DNA of 64,000 nt from Tubulanus polymorphus (lineage: Eukaryota > Animalia > Nemertea). Positions 41,024-52,120 of the stretch are shown one piece after another. Under the pieces are notes generated by a model that made no database searches, had not been told where the DNA came from, and worked only from the letters and a program-made list of their open reading frames with translations. The DNA lies in NCBI RefSeq assembly GCF_964204645.1, contig NC_134030.1, positions 3,018,778 to 3,082,777 on the forward strand. The letters are read 5' to 3'. Both the position numbers and the translations under genes were made by a program. The stretch's first letter is position 1. Each line of letters begins with the position of its first letter.

Positions 41024-42266
41024 CAGGCGCGGATTCAATGGGGAGCCCAGCCGGCCCGAGCCCCCCTTTTTCAAGCTTTATTTCTCGGGTGAAGGAAGCA
41101 TATGGAATGTTACTGAAATGATTGTGAGCATCATTAAATACAGCAGTAACAGTAACCGAGTAGTATATATATGGTTATTTTAAATACTGCCACCAAACGT
41201 ATATAATCTGAAAGACACATATCTCTCTTTTGAAAAATCCTCTGGAAAACGATGGAATTTGACAACAGTTGAGCGATGGTTTCAGTAAAAGTTATGACAG
41301 CCTGCTTAGTCATAGCCATGCCGCGGCCAGGATGAGTGTTAATAGGCCTAATTTTATGATGAGCGCTGAGCGGGAACGTGTCCGCCCTAGAAGTCGTGGG
41401 CGATGTAATAGATCAATGAATGGTTTGCGGCCAGGATGTGTATTGGCGTGAGCGCGAGCAGGCGGCAATCAAACCCTGGCAAGTGAGGATGGCTGCAAAT
41501 AGTCCCAAAACATTTTCATATTCTTAATTCACAAACAGCGGGAGTAATCAGAATCGCTACATAAGTCAATGTGAAAAGATCTCTGATCTTGCGCTTATAG
41601 GTAGCCTTGCTCGTGCAGAACTGGCGCGCTTTTGGTTGCGATTTCGATTTCTCGTCCGAGTCAAGCATGACCTAAAGCGCTAATGCTAAACTGCCGTGAT
41701 GACGAGAGATAGGCTACTTACACGAAAAGGCCCCGTTTAAGAATTTTCGGAAGGCATTACAGGGGCATCCTCCCCCGGCAGGGATTCGAACCTGATGGCA
41801 TCGAGATTGCCACGGCACGAAACCCTGCCATAATCGACCGTGTGCGCAGATACAGGCGCAGTTCAGATGATGTGATTTTTAGCCAATCAGAAATCCCGTT
41901 TTATTTTAGCCCGGGTTTTCCCATTTATAGTTCATCCTTGAAATTTTCCTCAACGATTATACAACGAGCAATCTGATTGGTGCCGCCAGTTTTCGTTCGG
42001 AAAGCTGCGCATGTACCTGCGCACCCGGTCTAGTGTGGCAGGGGTTCGTGCCGTGGCTGAGTGTAGTGATGCCATCAGGTTCGAGTCCCTGCAGAGGGAG
42101 GATGTTACAGGGTCTGCTAGCCACCCTATTCACCCCCTAGATCCGCCCCTTAAACCCCTAGGAGACTTCGCATCTACGGCGCTCGTCTCGCGTCGGCGCA
42201 GGTATAGTTTAGCATTTTCTTTCAACTCAGCCCCCCACCCTATCCAGAAATCCTAGATCCGCCCTT
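41024..42266. mobile_element. Composite non-autonomous insertion containing a nested palindromic element at 41765-42105
   Basis: Outer ends caggcgcggattca / ctagatccgcccttg. Inner inverted arms catcctccc..gcagggattcgaacctgatggcatc..gccacggcacgaaaccctgcca and gtgcgcagatacaggcgcag. Confidence 0.6.
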
Positions 42267-43033
42267 GCTTGGTTTCTTTGTCAGCCGATGGCAAGTCTCA
42301 AGCATGGTTGCTTGGCAAAAAACTGTTATGTCGCGTGCAAGACCTGTGTAGGGCCAGTTATCGGGGCTAGTAAACTGTCAAACACGGAATCATTTACAAA
42401 AAGTGGGAACCACTTCTTCCACCCTGATGAGAAATAGAATTCATTTTGCTACACGGCGCAAGTTAGAATGCGAGGTAATCGGCCCCGTGACAGTCTATAC
42501 GCTATAGGGACCTATATACTTTTGCAGTATAGACCTAGATACTTTAGTAAACTTTTTTTATTCTTCCTGATTTTTCCTTTCATAAACAATACAAAAATAA
42601 ACCGTTCCGAAAAATCACCGCACAAAAACGCAAAGAAATTCGACGCCAAAAGAGTTCGTTTTGCGGACGTATTTGCGTGAAAAAACGGTATATATGTATA
42701 ATAGAATTCTATGTGTTTCGGTCAAGTACACGCACTCAGAATCTTGAATGTTACTCACGCCCTGAATTACAAGACTTTTCAACTAAGACGTGTTCTTTTA
42801 GTAGATATCACTCGATCTCCGGTTCTTTCCACAATATTGTGAAGGCTGCACAAGATTTCACAGAATGTATATTAGTGAGACAGTGCATTTTTCTGTATCT
42901 CAAACACGTGATATTATAATTTCCATTTTGCAACGGTTCAAAAACCATCAAATTGATCATTTCAGTAAACAGAGCATCGATTGATCATAATGTATTGTTT
43001 GTTCAGCTAACACTTGCGCTGGGTCTGTGGGTC

Positions 43034-43100
43034 CATATAAACACGAGAGTGAGAACTGATGATCATGACTCGAATCAGTTGTTCTACCAAACACGTAAGT
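43034..43100 (+). promoter_or_regulatory. Putative TATA/Inr promoter and non-coding exon 1 of peptide locus 3
   Basis: catataaa at 43034, tcagtt at 43075, donor acac|gtaagt at 43094/43095; nearly identical to locus 1. Confidence 0.62.
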
Positions 43101-43144
43101 AAAAGACATGTAGATATAACAAAGACTTTACGACTTAGTGAAGC

Positions 43145-43877
43145 CAGGACTGCTCGCTGTAGCGGGTCAGTTGAGACGAGTCAGGACTGCTCGCTGTAGC
43201 GGGTCAGGTGAGACGAGTCAGGACTGCTCGCTGTAGCGGGTCAGGTGAGACGTGTCTGGACTGCTCGCTGTAGCGGGTCAGTTGAGACGATTAAGGACTG
43301 CTCGCTGTAGCGGGTCAGGTGAGACGAGTCAGGACTGCTCGCTGTAACGGGTCGGGTGAGACGAGTCAGGACTGCTCGCTGAAGCGGGTCAGTTGAGACG
43401 AGTCAGGACTGCTCGCTGAAGCGGGTCAGTTGAGACGAGTCAGGACTGCTCGCTGTAGCGGGTCAGGTGAGACCTGTCTGGACTGCTCGCTGTAGCGGGT
43501 CAGGTGAGACGAGTCAGGACTGCTTGCTGTAACGGGTCGGGTGAGACGAGTCAGGACTGCTCGCTGTAGCGGGTCAGGTGAGACGAGTCAGGACTGCTCG
43601 CTGTAGCGGGTCAGGCGAGACGAGTCAGGACTGCTCGCTGTAGCGGGTCGGGTGAGACGAGTCAGGACTGCTCGCTGTTGCGGGTCAGGTGAGACGAGTC
43701 AGGACTGCTCGCTGTAGCGGGTCGGGTGAGACGAGTCAGGACTGCTCGCTGTAGCGGGTCGGGTGAGACGAGTCAGGACTGCTCGCTGTAGCGGGTCGGG
43801 TGAGACGAGTCAGGACTGCTCGCTGTAGCCGGTTAGGTGAGACGAGTCAGGACTGCTCGCTATAGCGGGTCAGGTGA
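43145..43877 (+). repeat. 37-bp minisatellite array 3 (~20 units) in intron 1 of peptide locus 3
   Basis: Same unit as array 1. Confidence 0.97.
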
Positions 43878-44101
43878 TGAAGCTGTCTGTAATGTTCACA
43901 GCCAATGATCTATTGTTGAGACAAATAGTCATATAGTCGTAGTAAAACATGTCTTATTTATAAAAACGATCTTAATTTTGATTCAGTGAATAAAATGCCT
44001 GGATCTATGCGGGCCACTTGATGGTTCTTAATTGAATTTGTAATTTATTTCAATCCTCGTATTTTCCTGTAGGTGCGATTTTTACAAGTATCTGCTGTAC
44101 A

Positions 44102-44645
44102 ATGATCAGTAAGTATTCTAGATCCAGGTTCACGGTTGTGAGTTACAGTTAACTATGAGTCCAAATAGTTCATTTTCAAAGTTCAAAAATATCTGAATGA
44201 TCGGTCGTTCGACTTTTTTTGTCGAGTGAGATGTTTGCCGTAGTGACATCGTAGCTGAGTTAAACCCGCTTTTGGCTTGGAAATCTGATATTTGCGAGAG
44301 TGTTTGATATGTTGCTCCTCAGTTGGGGAATCCCGTTAAAAAGATGTGGCCCCGACAAACCGGGAGCTCGGTCAGTGAGGAGACCCTAATACTACTGCCG
44401 CGGTGGTTGGCTCGAACATCGTAAAAGTCAACTTGGTATAAACTTATGAAAGTTGTTTTATTTTTACAAAATAGTGATCTGTCACTGTTCATCAATCGAC
44501 TCTATACATTTCAGGAAACGTTTTGCGTCTTGCACTTTTTATTGCGTCTGTAATGGCCATGGCGGTCGCTGAAAATAGTGAAAAACCGTTGGAGAGAATT
44601 GCTCGACTGGATTGTAATCATAATGGAGCATGCGATTGTGGATAG
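44102..44645 (+). CDS. Secreted Cys-peptide precursor 3, 45 aa: MIRNVLRLALFIASVMAMAVA-ENSEKPLERIAR-LDCNHNGACDCG
   Basis: Micro-exon ATG ATC A|gtaagt (44102-44108) joined to ttcag|44515-44645; AATAAA at 44816. Confidence 0.87.
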
Positions 44646-47080
44646 ATGGAACAATGAACTAATCTTCAATTATTGTCATCAAATAAACATCTGTAGTTAT
44701 TTCTAGAAGAAACGGTTGTATCAATGAGATCCTCTGTAGAGATGATGTAAGAAGTGGATTCATAGAAACAGCCGTATTTTCATAAGAATGTACTGAATGT
44801 GATGACTGTAATCAGAATAAAGATTAATGAATGATATAATTAAGAATAGACATATTGCGTTTATTTGTACGAATGACACTCGTAGTGACATTTGCTCGGA
44901 TTCTATTGCATGCGTTTCGCTGCGAAGAATAAACTTCAAGCGATTGGCTTTTCAAGAAAGCGCACGAGGAACACGAGTCAATGACATAGTTTGTAAATCA
45001 CACGATCCTTCCACAAAACACACTGCTATTTTCAGAATTATTTTTTTCGTCTTAGAATAGGGATTGTGCATTTTGTCTAATTTGTTTTGATGTGGTATCC
45101 TCAACAAACCCTGCACACCTGCCGGGAACGAAAAGGAGGTTCAGGATTCTTTTAACCATTGTACTTCATGTAGTTTCGTAGGTTCACTTATTCTTCCTAA
45201 ACTCCTCAGAATTCATATATTCGACGGATATTCGAGTTCAAAACCACGAATCGAAAAAGTAAAAATCAAACTCAACATATTTTGCATATTATCCGTATTT
45301 ATTACAATGTCTTCGAAATAAGGTTTATAATTTCAAGCTACTTTGGGATTGACCGAAACATTCAGACACCGATCATTGAAAAGCTTATATTCGCTATTCC
45401 GTGTATTAATCAGTAAGTACACTTCAGGTGAGGGTACAACAAAAAGCGATGATAGTCTCGAGAAAACGATCAACACCAAGCCAAATAAAGCGATTCCACA
45501 ATCAATCCAGTTTTTTTGATTTGTTTCAGCTCCTGTTCACACTATGTTCATCACTACCGATCGAATTCCTTCCAGAAAAGCATTATTATTTATCAATAAT
45601 CATATGGCTGTACGTAAACTGTTTCGGTATGAATTTCACAAATGGTATTTTTCTCAACGGTTTCAACTGGTGTCGACTGCATTTTCGATAGAAATTCACA
45701 CAGGACGCAATAAAAGCTGAAAATATATTCGAAAAGCGTGATTTTAAAGTTAGGAAATTACTGGCAAAAGGTCCCGAGGATATAAACGGATTGATCGCCC
45801 TCCCGCAGCGAAATCAATATCAATCAGAAACTAAATCAACGTTTATTGGAAAATTCCAAAGGGTAAGATTTATTACATTTTCATTCGCAGGTTGAAATAA
45901 TTCCTGCTGTATCCCAGGTGTTGTCCGTATGCAATCATGTCTGAAAACTATTTCATTTTTCCTGCAGAAAAATGCATTTAATATCAGGTTGGTCTTAGTT
46001 GTACACGATGGAGTGATGTTCAGAGGTTAGAGGAAGGCCCGGCGCCCATGTACATGCACTGGATGATATTTTTAGGCTTACATTTTGCGGGCCAATTCAA
46101 ATCAATGAAGGAAAAGCGAAACTATTCGTATAGTTAGTTCTATTTCTTTCTTCGAGAGGACCTACACTTATTTCATAAATAAACAGTGGACAAATTGTAC
46201 AAGATATTCGCCATTCCAACAGGTACATGTACGTACCGGGTATATACTTTGACTAATAATTTGCAGGGGAAGAAAGCTTTTTGACCGACCGTTGGTGCGC
46301 GGCCGTAATTTTCTGATGAATAATGTTCTCTTTGATGAGCGTCGTAGCCACTGACTGCGCCTAAATTGCGTATAGCTTTTATCTCTAACTTATACCTCAA
46401 CTTAACAGCGAAATTGACCCAAAAATATGTTTTTACATATACACAATCAGTGCGGCAGGGACATACAGTCATACGTGACAGTGAAATGGACATTCCATCT
46501 ATATATCAGACTACATTTGCGAACCACCAACTGATTTTTTGGTTTGTCTATTAATCAACGGAGGACTTTTTCCTGAGACAAAATCGAAAATGTATATAGT
46601 AAGAATAAGCACTGATTCTATAATGATTTTCCTATACCGAATAATAACATTCGTTTTAGAGCTTTGATTCGACAATCAATAAACATGAAAAGAGATAATT
46701 ATTTTACAACAAAATGTACTTTTCATTGTCTATGCGTGTATCAGTTTTTCCGGTGTGTTTCCATACAACTGGCGCGTCTACAAAATCGACCAGTTACAGA
46801 AAATCAGATTTTGTTTGTTTCTGGAGCGATGTCTCACGGGCGGCTGGCAACTATATCGCGGTCGAAATGTGAAACCCCATCGGGAAAAACTGCTTCCATT
46901 GAATTCGTTTACCCCTACCTAACCTTATCTGTGTATATATATATATATATATATGTACAGTACGGCAGATATCTTTTAAGATACCTAATCATTTTTAAAC
47001 CCACGTAGTTCATATGTTACTTGGAATCGTCGTGATGTTCGCTGACCATGACCGTTTTAACTTACTTTAGACACATATCT

Positions 47081-47437
47081 TTAATCTTTGATTTCACCGC
47101 TGTCGCTGTTTTCTGTCTGCGAACCGAACGGTTCCTGCGAAAACCCGAATCGCGAGCACGTGTTCATTGCGTGAACGCAGTACATTCTGGCCTGGTTTGC
47201 CACGTCTATCGAGTCGTCCATCGCGCCGCCGTCGACCCTTTTGCCGAAAAGTAAATTCGAATTGCGCTTCCCGAAGACGAGTCCCGACCCTCTTCGACTG
47301 AATTCGTTGGCGCGTTTACGACCGAACAGCAGCGAAGAGCGCTTCTCACCGAATCGAATCTTCTTTCCGCTGGAGAAATCCAGCACTAGCAACATGGCGA
47401 AAATGAAAATAACGCAAACTTTATAAGTTGACTGCAT
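47081..47437 (-). CDS. SIFamide/FFamide-type neuropeptide precursor (118 aa) yielding SSLLFa, GSGLVFa and NSNLLFa
   Basis: Acceptor ttcag at 47444-47442, then ATG at 47437. Signal peptide, three xxLxF-G peptides flanked by basic sites (KR, RKR, RR), and C-terminal CVHAMNTC matching the C-x6-C motif of SIFamide precursors. Confidence 0.88.
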   Translation of the reverse strand: MQSTYKVCVIFIFAMLLVLDFSSGKKIRFGEKRSSLLFGRKRANEFSRRGSGLVFGKRNSNLLFGKRVDGGAMDDSIDVANQARMYCVHAMNTCSRFGFSQEPFGSQTENSDSGEIKD

Positions 47438-50400
47438 GACTCTGAAAAACATAAACAGAACGACATGTTGTGAATTTCAATGCAATTCGTCTTTACGTAA
47501 AAGTTACAATAATCTAAAGAGATTTGTCAGGACCCAGTTCCACCACTTCTGTGTTCAGATTTGAATCATTAACCCATTGAAAATCTAATCTTAACTCGGA
47601 GTTAACCCACGTGGAACCGGGTCCTGACATTTTATGCATAATGAAAGACTTTTTACATCGATTTTACTTAGAAATATCGTTTAGAAAATTACTATCGTTC
47701 AAAATGATCGTTTTAAATAAGTTACTCCGAAGAAGGTTTCCATCTCTTAAACGAAAGAGAGAATCTTCTATTGCGCTCTAAGAAATTAGTTGCATTCTTA
47801 AATCCCATAGATTTGTAAATGCATGGATTAGTATCAGTATCGTTATTACTATTGTCTAGAATTTATACAGCGCCTTATTCCTAAAAAGGCGCTTAACAGA
47901 ACATAAAAAAGAAAGACATACAATCCAAATGAAATAAAACGATGAAAATAATACAGTATGAAAATAGTGAAATAGCAATTAATATAGCGATATAATTGAG
48001 GGATTTTTTTTTCTCCGCAAAAGAATACGTTACTTATTGACCCGATGTTTGTATTATCACAGCGCATATATTGAGAGAGATACATGCGCCGTAAAAATAT
48101 GGACGTTTGAACAACTAGTAATTAGCGTAATGAAGAACGCCCATCCATCTATCCAATACAACTATCAAGTGGTTTTATATAGCAACATTGAACGTGCAAT
48201 TATCCGTGTCTTACTGACGGCAATTGCTCGTATGAGATCCGTGTCTAGTGAATCTAAGTGCAAATAATTGCTGTTTCAATGTACGTACGTCGCTCTCTTA
48301 CAAACATCACCTGCGAAAAAAATACTCGAGCTTCAGTAATTGATTTATCTTATTTTCATCGCCTTTTTTTTACATCGCGTTCACAATTCTTATGGAGTTG
48401 GCCAACCGTTCGCAACGATGCCTAATAGGTCTTTGCCTGTTTGAACAAAAACATTTGGCGCGTGCTTTATTTAGCACCGGTTGACGTCGAATTTGGACTC
48501 GAGTCTGATCGTCTCCGTGTGATCGCGGTTTACAATCCCAGCAGCCATGTTCATTTCCTATTTTGGCAACCAACCAGTTAACAGAACGAGCGAGTTAAAG
48601 TTTCATTAGTTGCGGTTTGCAATGAAATACTGGTGAAAGTCTCCTGGTGATCGAATTATGTCAATGAGACATCGAATTGGCGTAAATAGGCGTTGAAATA
48701 CAAATTAGAAAACGCTGCCATGGTTTTGTTGTCGTGATTATTATTAGCACAAATAAAATGTGCGTGACACCTATAAACAGTGACGTAGCGTATAAAAGAT
48801 GGACGTAGGCAGACTAGGGACCCGTTGTGTAGTTCTATGAAATGAATTCCCCGGTGTCCATCGTCTCCGAGTTTACAAGATCGTGTATCCTTATTTATCA
48901 ACATTGAGCGTGAATTATGATACGAGACGATATGAATATGATAATTGTCTTGAATTTCTTATACTGTTTAAGAGCTGATGTGTACGGCGTATAGCAATTG
49001 TCGCGCTCTTTTTGAGAAAACATTTTATTCGGTATCAAATGCAAGGCAAGAGAAAAAGAAACGTTAAGAGTCGAGTGATCTGTGACTCGGATTCGGTTTG
49101 CCATTATATAACAGCGTATAAGGAAATTAGATACGATTCCCACAAACGGCTCGACCTTTTTTATTCAAAATCTTATCACGTTTTTAGCGATTCAACAGTT
49201 AGGTGTATACTAGTTCGGGTCGTGTTTCCTTACCGGAGTTTGTAAAAAGAAGACCAAAAGGTAGGTATATTTTGAGTAAAATGATGCGGTTTTACCGGCA
49301 CTCACGTTAGCTCGAACCAATCGTCGGATGGATATGATACTCTCCGCGTAGCTCTGTTTTTCGCTATTTCTTTCGGTGTCGGTTTTACGTGGGTTTGATG
49401 AAAATCTTTTGTCGAAAAATGACACGGCTCTACGGACTCGACCTGTAATTTCTGGTGTAGCGGGATCATTTAATAACCAAACCGGTTGGTTAGATTTTGA
49501 TTTGGATTCGATTGACCATGGATGAAACTGGGCCATGTTTATTTAAAGCCGCATTCTGAAACTGGTAAATAACACACTAATAACATTTGCATTTTTAATC
49601 ATCTTTTTTTCAAATGAAATTACTTCAGTTATTTGGGTGTATCGATGCTGATTTTGACGCCATCAAAACCGTTTACTGCGTGAGTCGATGTGCACTACGT
49701 CATCAATATCGGCGCTCAAAATATCAATTGTGAATTTTGGCATCAAATTTATAATCAGATAAATTTTTCTCTTATTTTCCATTTAATGAATTTTCATGTC
49801 TTTTTGATACCGGATTTTGATGGCAATTACGATTAGCGAGTGAGTGCGTGTGTCATCAATATTGAAACTAGACTGGTTGCCGGTCAATTCAATTCAATTG
49901 TCGGATTTAGACAAATCAAATATAATTTTCCGATCCGTGATATTATATCATTTATATCATTTCATTGATTGCCGACAGCATCAAAACAATATTTTCAAGG
50001 CCTCAATAAACTTTCTTCAAGTTATAGTATTCTTATTCAATGAAGTGATTTTCTGTTGTATCTGACCGATGTTGATTGTTCCACGCTGGTTGTTCCCTCG
50101 CAGATTGTTTATACAGACACCTTTCAAATTATTTTTGATCATCGATCGTTGCTCGTATAGATAATCGTCGTTGATTACTGATTACCCGCGTGCGCGCCGG
50201 CACTTATCCGTACTTACCGTAAGCTCTTACCCTACGCGATGAAGATGAAGCCCATCCGAAATTAGTTACAGCCAGGTGTAAACAAAACGTTCGTATATCC
50301 TCTTTTATCTACGCGTAAAAAATACGAGATGAATTTCACGTAACGTCGAAATAAAATATCTTGCGTCGAGTCGATTTTTCAATTCATAGACGCGTTGAAT

Positions 50401-51911
50401 TATGATCATTCATATCGTGAAAATAATAAATAGTTCTTAAAAACTTCTCCGAAATTTTCGGGTGACCTAAAATTTCGTATCGATATATTAAACTTTAGAT
50501 CACATGCATAAAAAAAACTTGAGAATTCACCGCATCCGCGGTAACGACGAACCGCTTAAAATGCGTCGAAGGTCCGCTTTTGAAAAATGACTTTTCAGAT
50601 ATTTAATGAAATCATAGGCTTGTCTTACGTATGAACCAACGGGTATTCATTGTCTGTTAGTATAGAACTCAATAGATGACCAGAATTGTGATTGTATTTG
50701 TGATCATAGCGTGACGTTTTTTTTCCATCGAGCACCGTTTCAAAAAAGCTCCGCGTGTTAAAGAAAACGAACTTCCCATAAAATCAGTCACGCTACGGAC
50801 CCGCAGTATTTCTATCATTTGAACTATTACTATACGGATTGTACTAATATTCCTGAAACTGACATTGACGCAATGGTATCAACAGATATATCTAAATCTG
50901 AAACTTAAAACATTTAGTTTTCTGGGATTTCCCTTTATCAAATCAGTACGTTCAAGCATTTCGTTCGTGTTATTCTAAATGTGTTTGAAGTCCAGTGTAT
51001 TAATGCGTTCGTCTCGTCGATCACAATTTGTCACTGACTACGCGCGGCCTGTCCTCAGCATTCTAAACATGTCCTCATCAGTCTTTGCTGATCGCAACAG
51101 GAACGCGTATTTGTTTGTAGCTGTCCGATGTCGTATTTTGTTTGACGACCCAATGTGACGAACGTCCATCACTGGAATTACAGTAACTCTTTGTTTTTAT
51201 ACGTCGGGTGCTAAGCGCGTAAACCTCTGAGTTAATTAGAAACTACAATCTTGACCCGATCGTTGACCTCGCCATGAGTCAACTGATCTGAGATGATCCT
51301 CGGAGAAATCCCGTCGCAGATACAATATATCATTAAGAAACCGAAACTACTCGTTTATATTCAATTATGCATTTATAAGATGGTCGCAATTTGATAAGAG
51401 GGCCGGTGTACTTTTCCATCGCTGTGCCGTAGTTTCAAGTTTGAGGCTTGAAACCGCCTTTAGTTTTTTCGCCTGCGCCACCCAACGATCTTCAAATAAC
51501 TCTCAAATAACTATCCTACATCTTAAAAGTTCTAGTTTTTTTCAACAAATAAAACCGAAATGCAATCGTTCAGATCTACGAAAATTTTATGAAAATCAAG
51601 GACAAAAAAAAAGATTTTCTTCACTAAGTTGCAAAAGTTTTTGAAAAAAAACACCATCTTCATAACCATTTGATGTTAAAATCGCAATTTCTTTAGAATA
51701 TATCAGTAGTTATAGTAGAGACTATTCAACAAACAAAACAATTAAGAATATGAAGTAAGAATCCCACATTAAAGATTTGTAGCGTGTTCAGGATTTTGTC
51801 TCGCAAGATATTTCGTCATTCGTGGAATTTCTACTTAACGTCTTTACAAACTGAGTAAAACATTCAGTTTTACCGTCAATAAAGAACGTTTATAAATAAA
51901 GTTGAACTTAC

Positions 51912-52120
51912 CTCGGTGATATTTGTTGAGAGATAAGTAATGCGAGTTTGTTCGTGTGTCTTCTGTGTTTGATTCGGAGTCGTCGGAATTACGAAGTGAC
52001 AATGATGCGCGCGCGGCTTTCACAGATAAACTCGATCACTCGATCTCTTCATGTGTCGCGTCTCTCACTAGTTTTTCCGTAACATCCACACGCTCGGCTA
52101 TACCCTATCCTATATATATA
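51912..52120 (-). promoter_or_regulatory. Candidate TATA box and non-coding first exon of the neuropeptide gene
   Basis: Minus-strand tatatatatagg at 52120-52109 and strong donor gag|gtaagt at 51912/51911; the link to the 47441 acceptor is inferred. Confidence 0.45.

Noticed and set aside
35547-44645. Assigning the peptides to CCAP, calcitonin or vasotocin families
   Set aside because: Only the Cys spacing is shared with CCAP and calcitonin. There is no FCNAFTGC-like core or long amidated tail, and neither the C-x4-C ring nor the neurophysin of vasotocin.
47438-47452. ORF-track start MFFRV for the neuropeptide
   Set aside because: It lies across a polypyrimidine tract and AG acceptor; ATG 47437 gives a normal signal peptide
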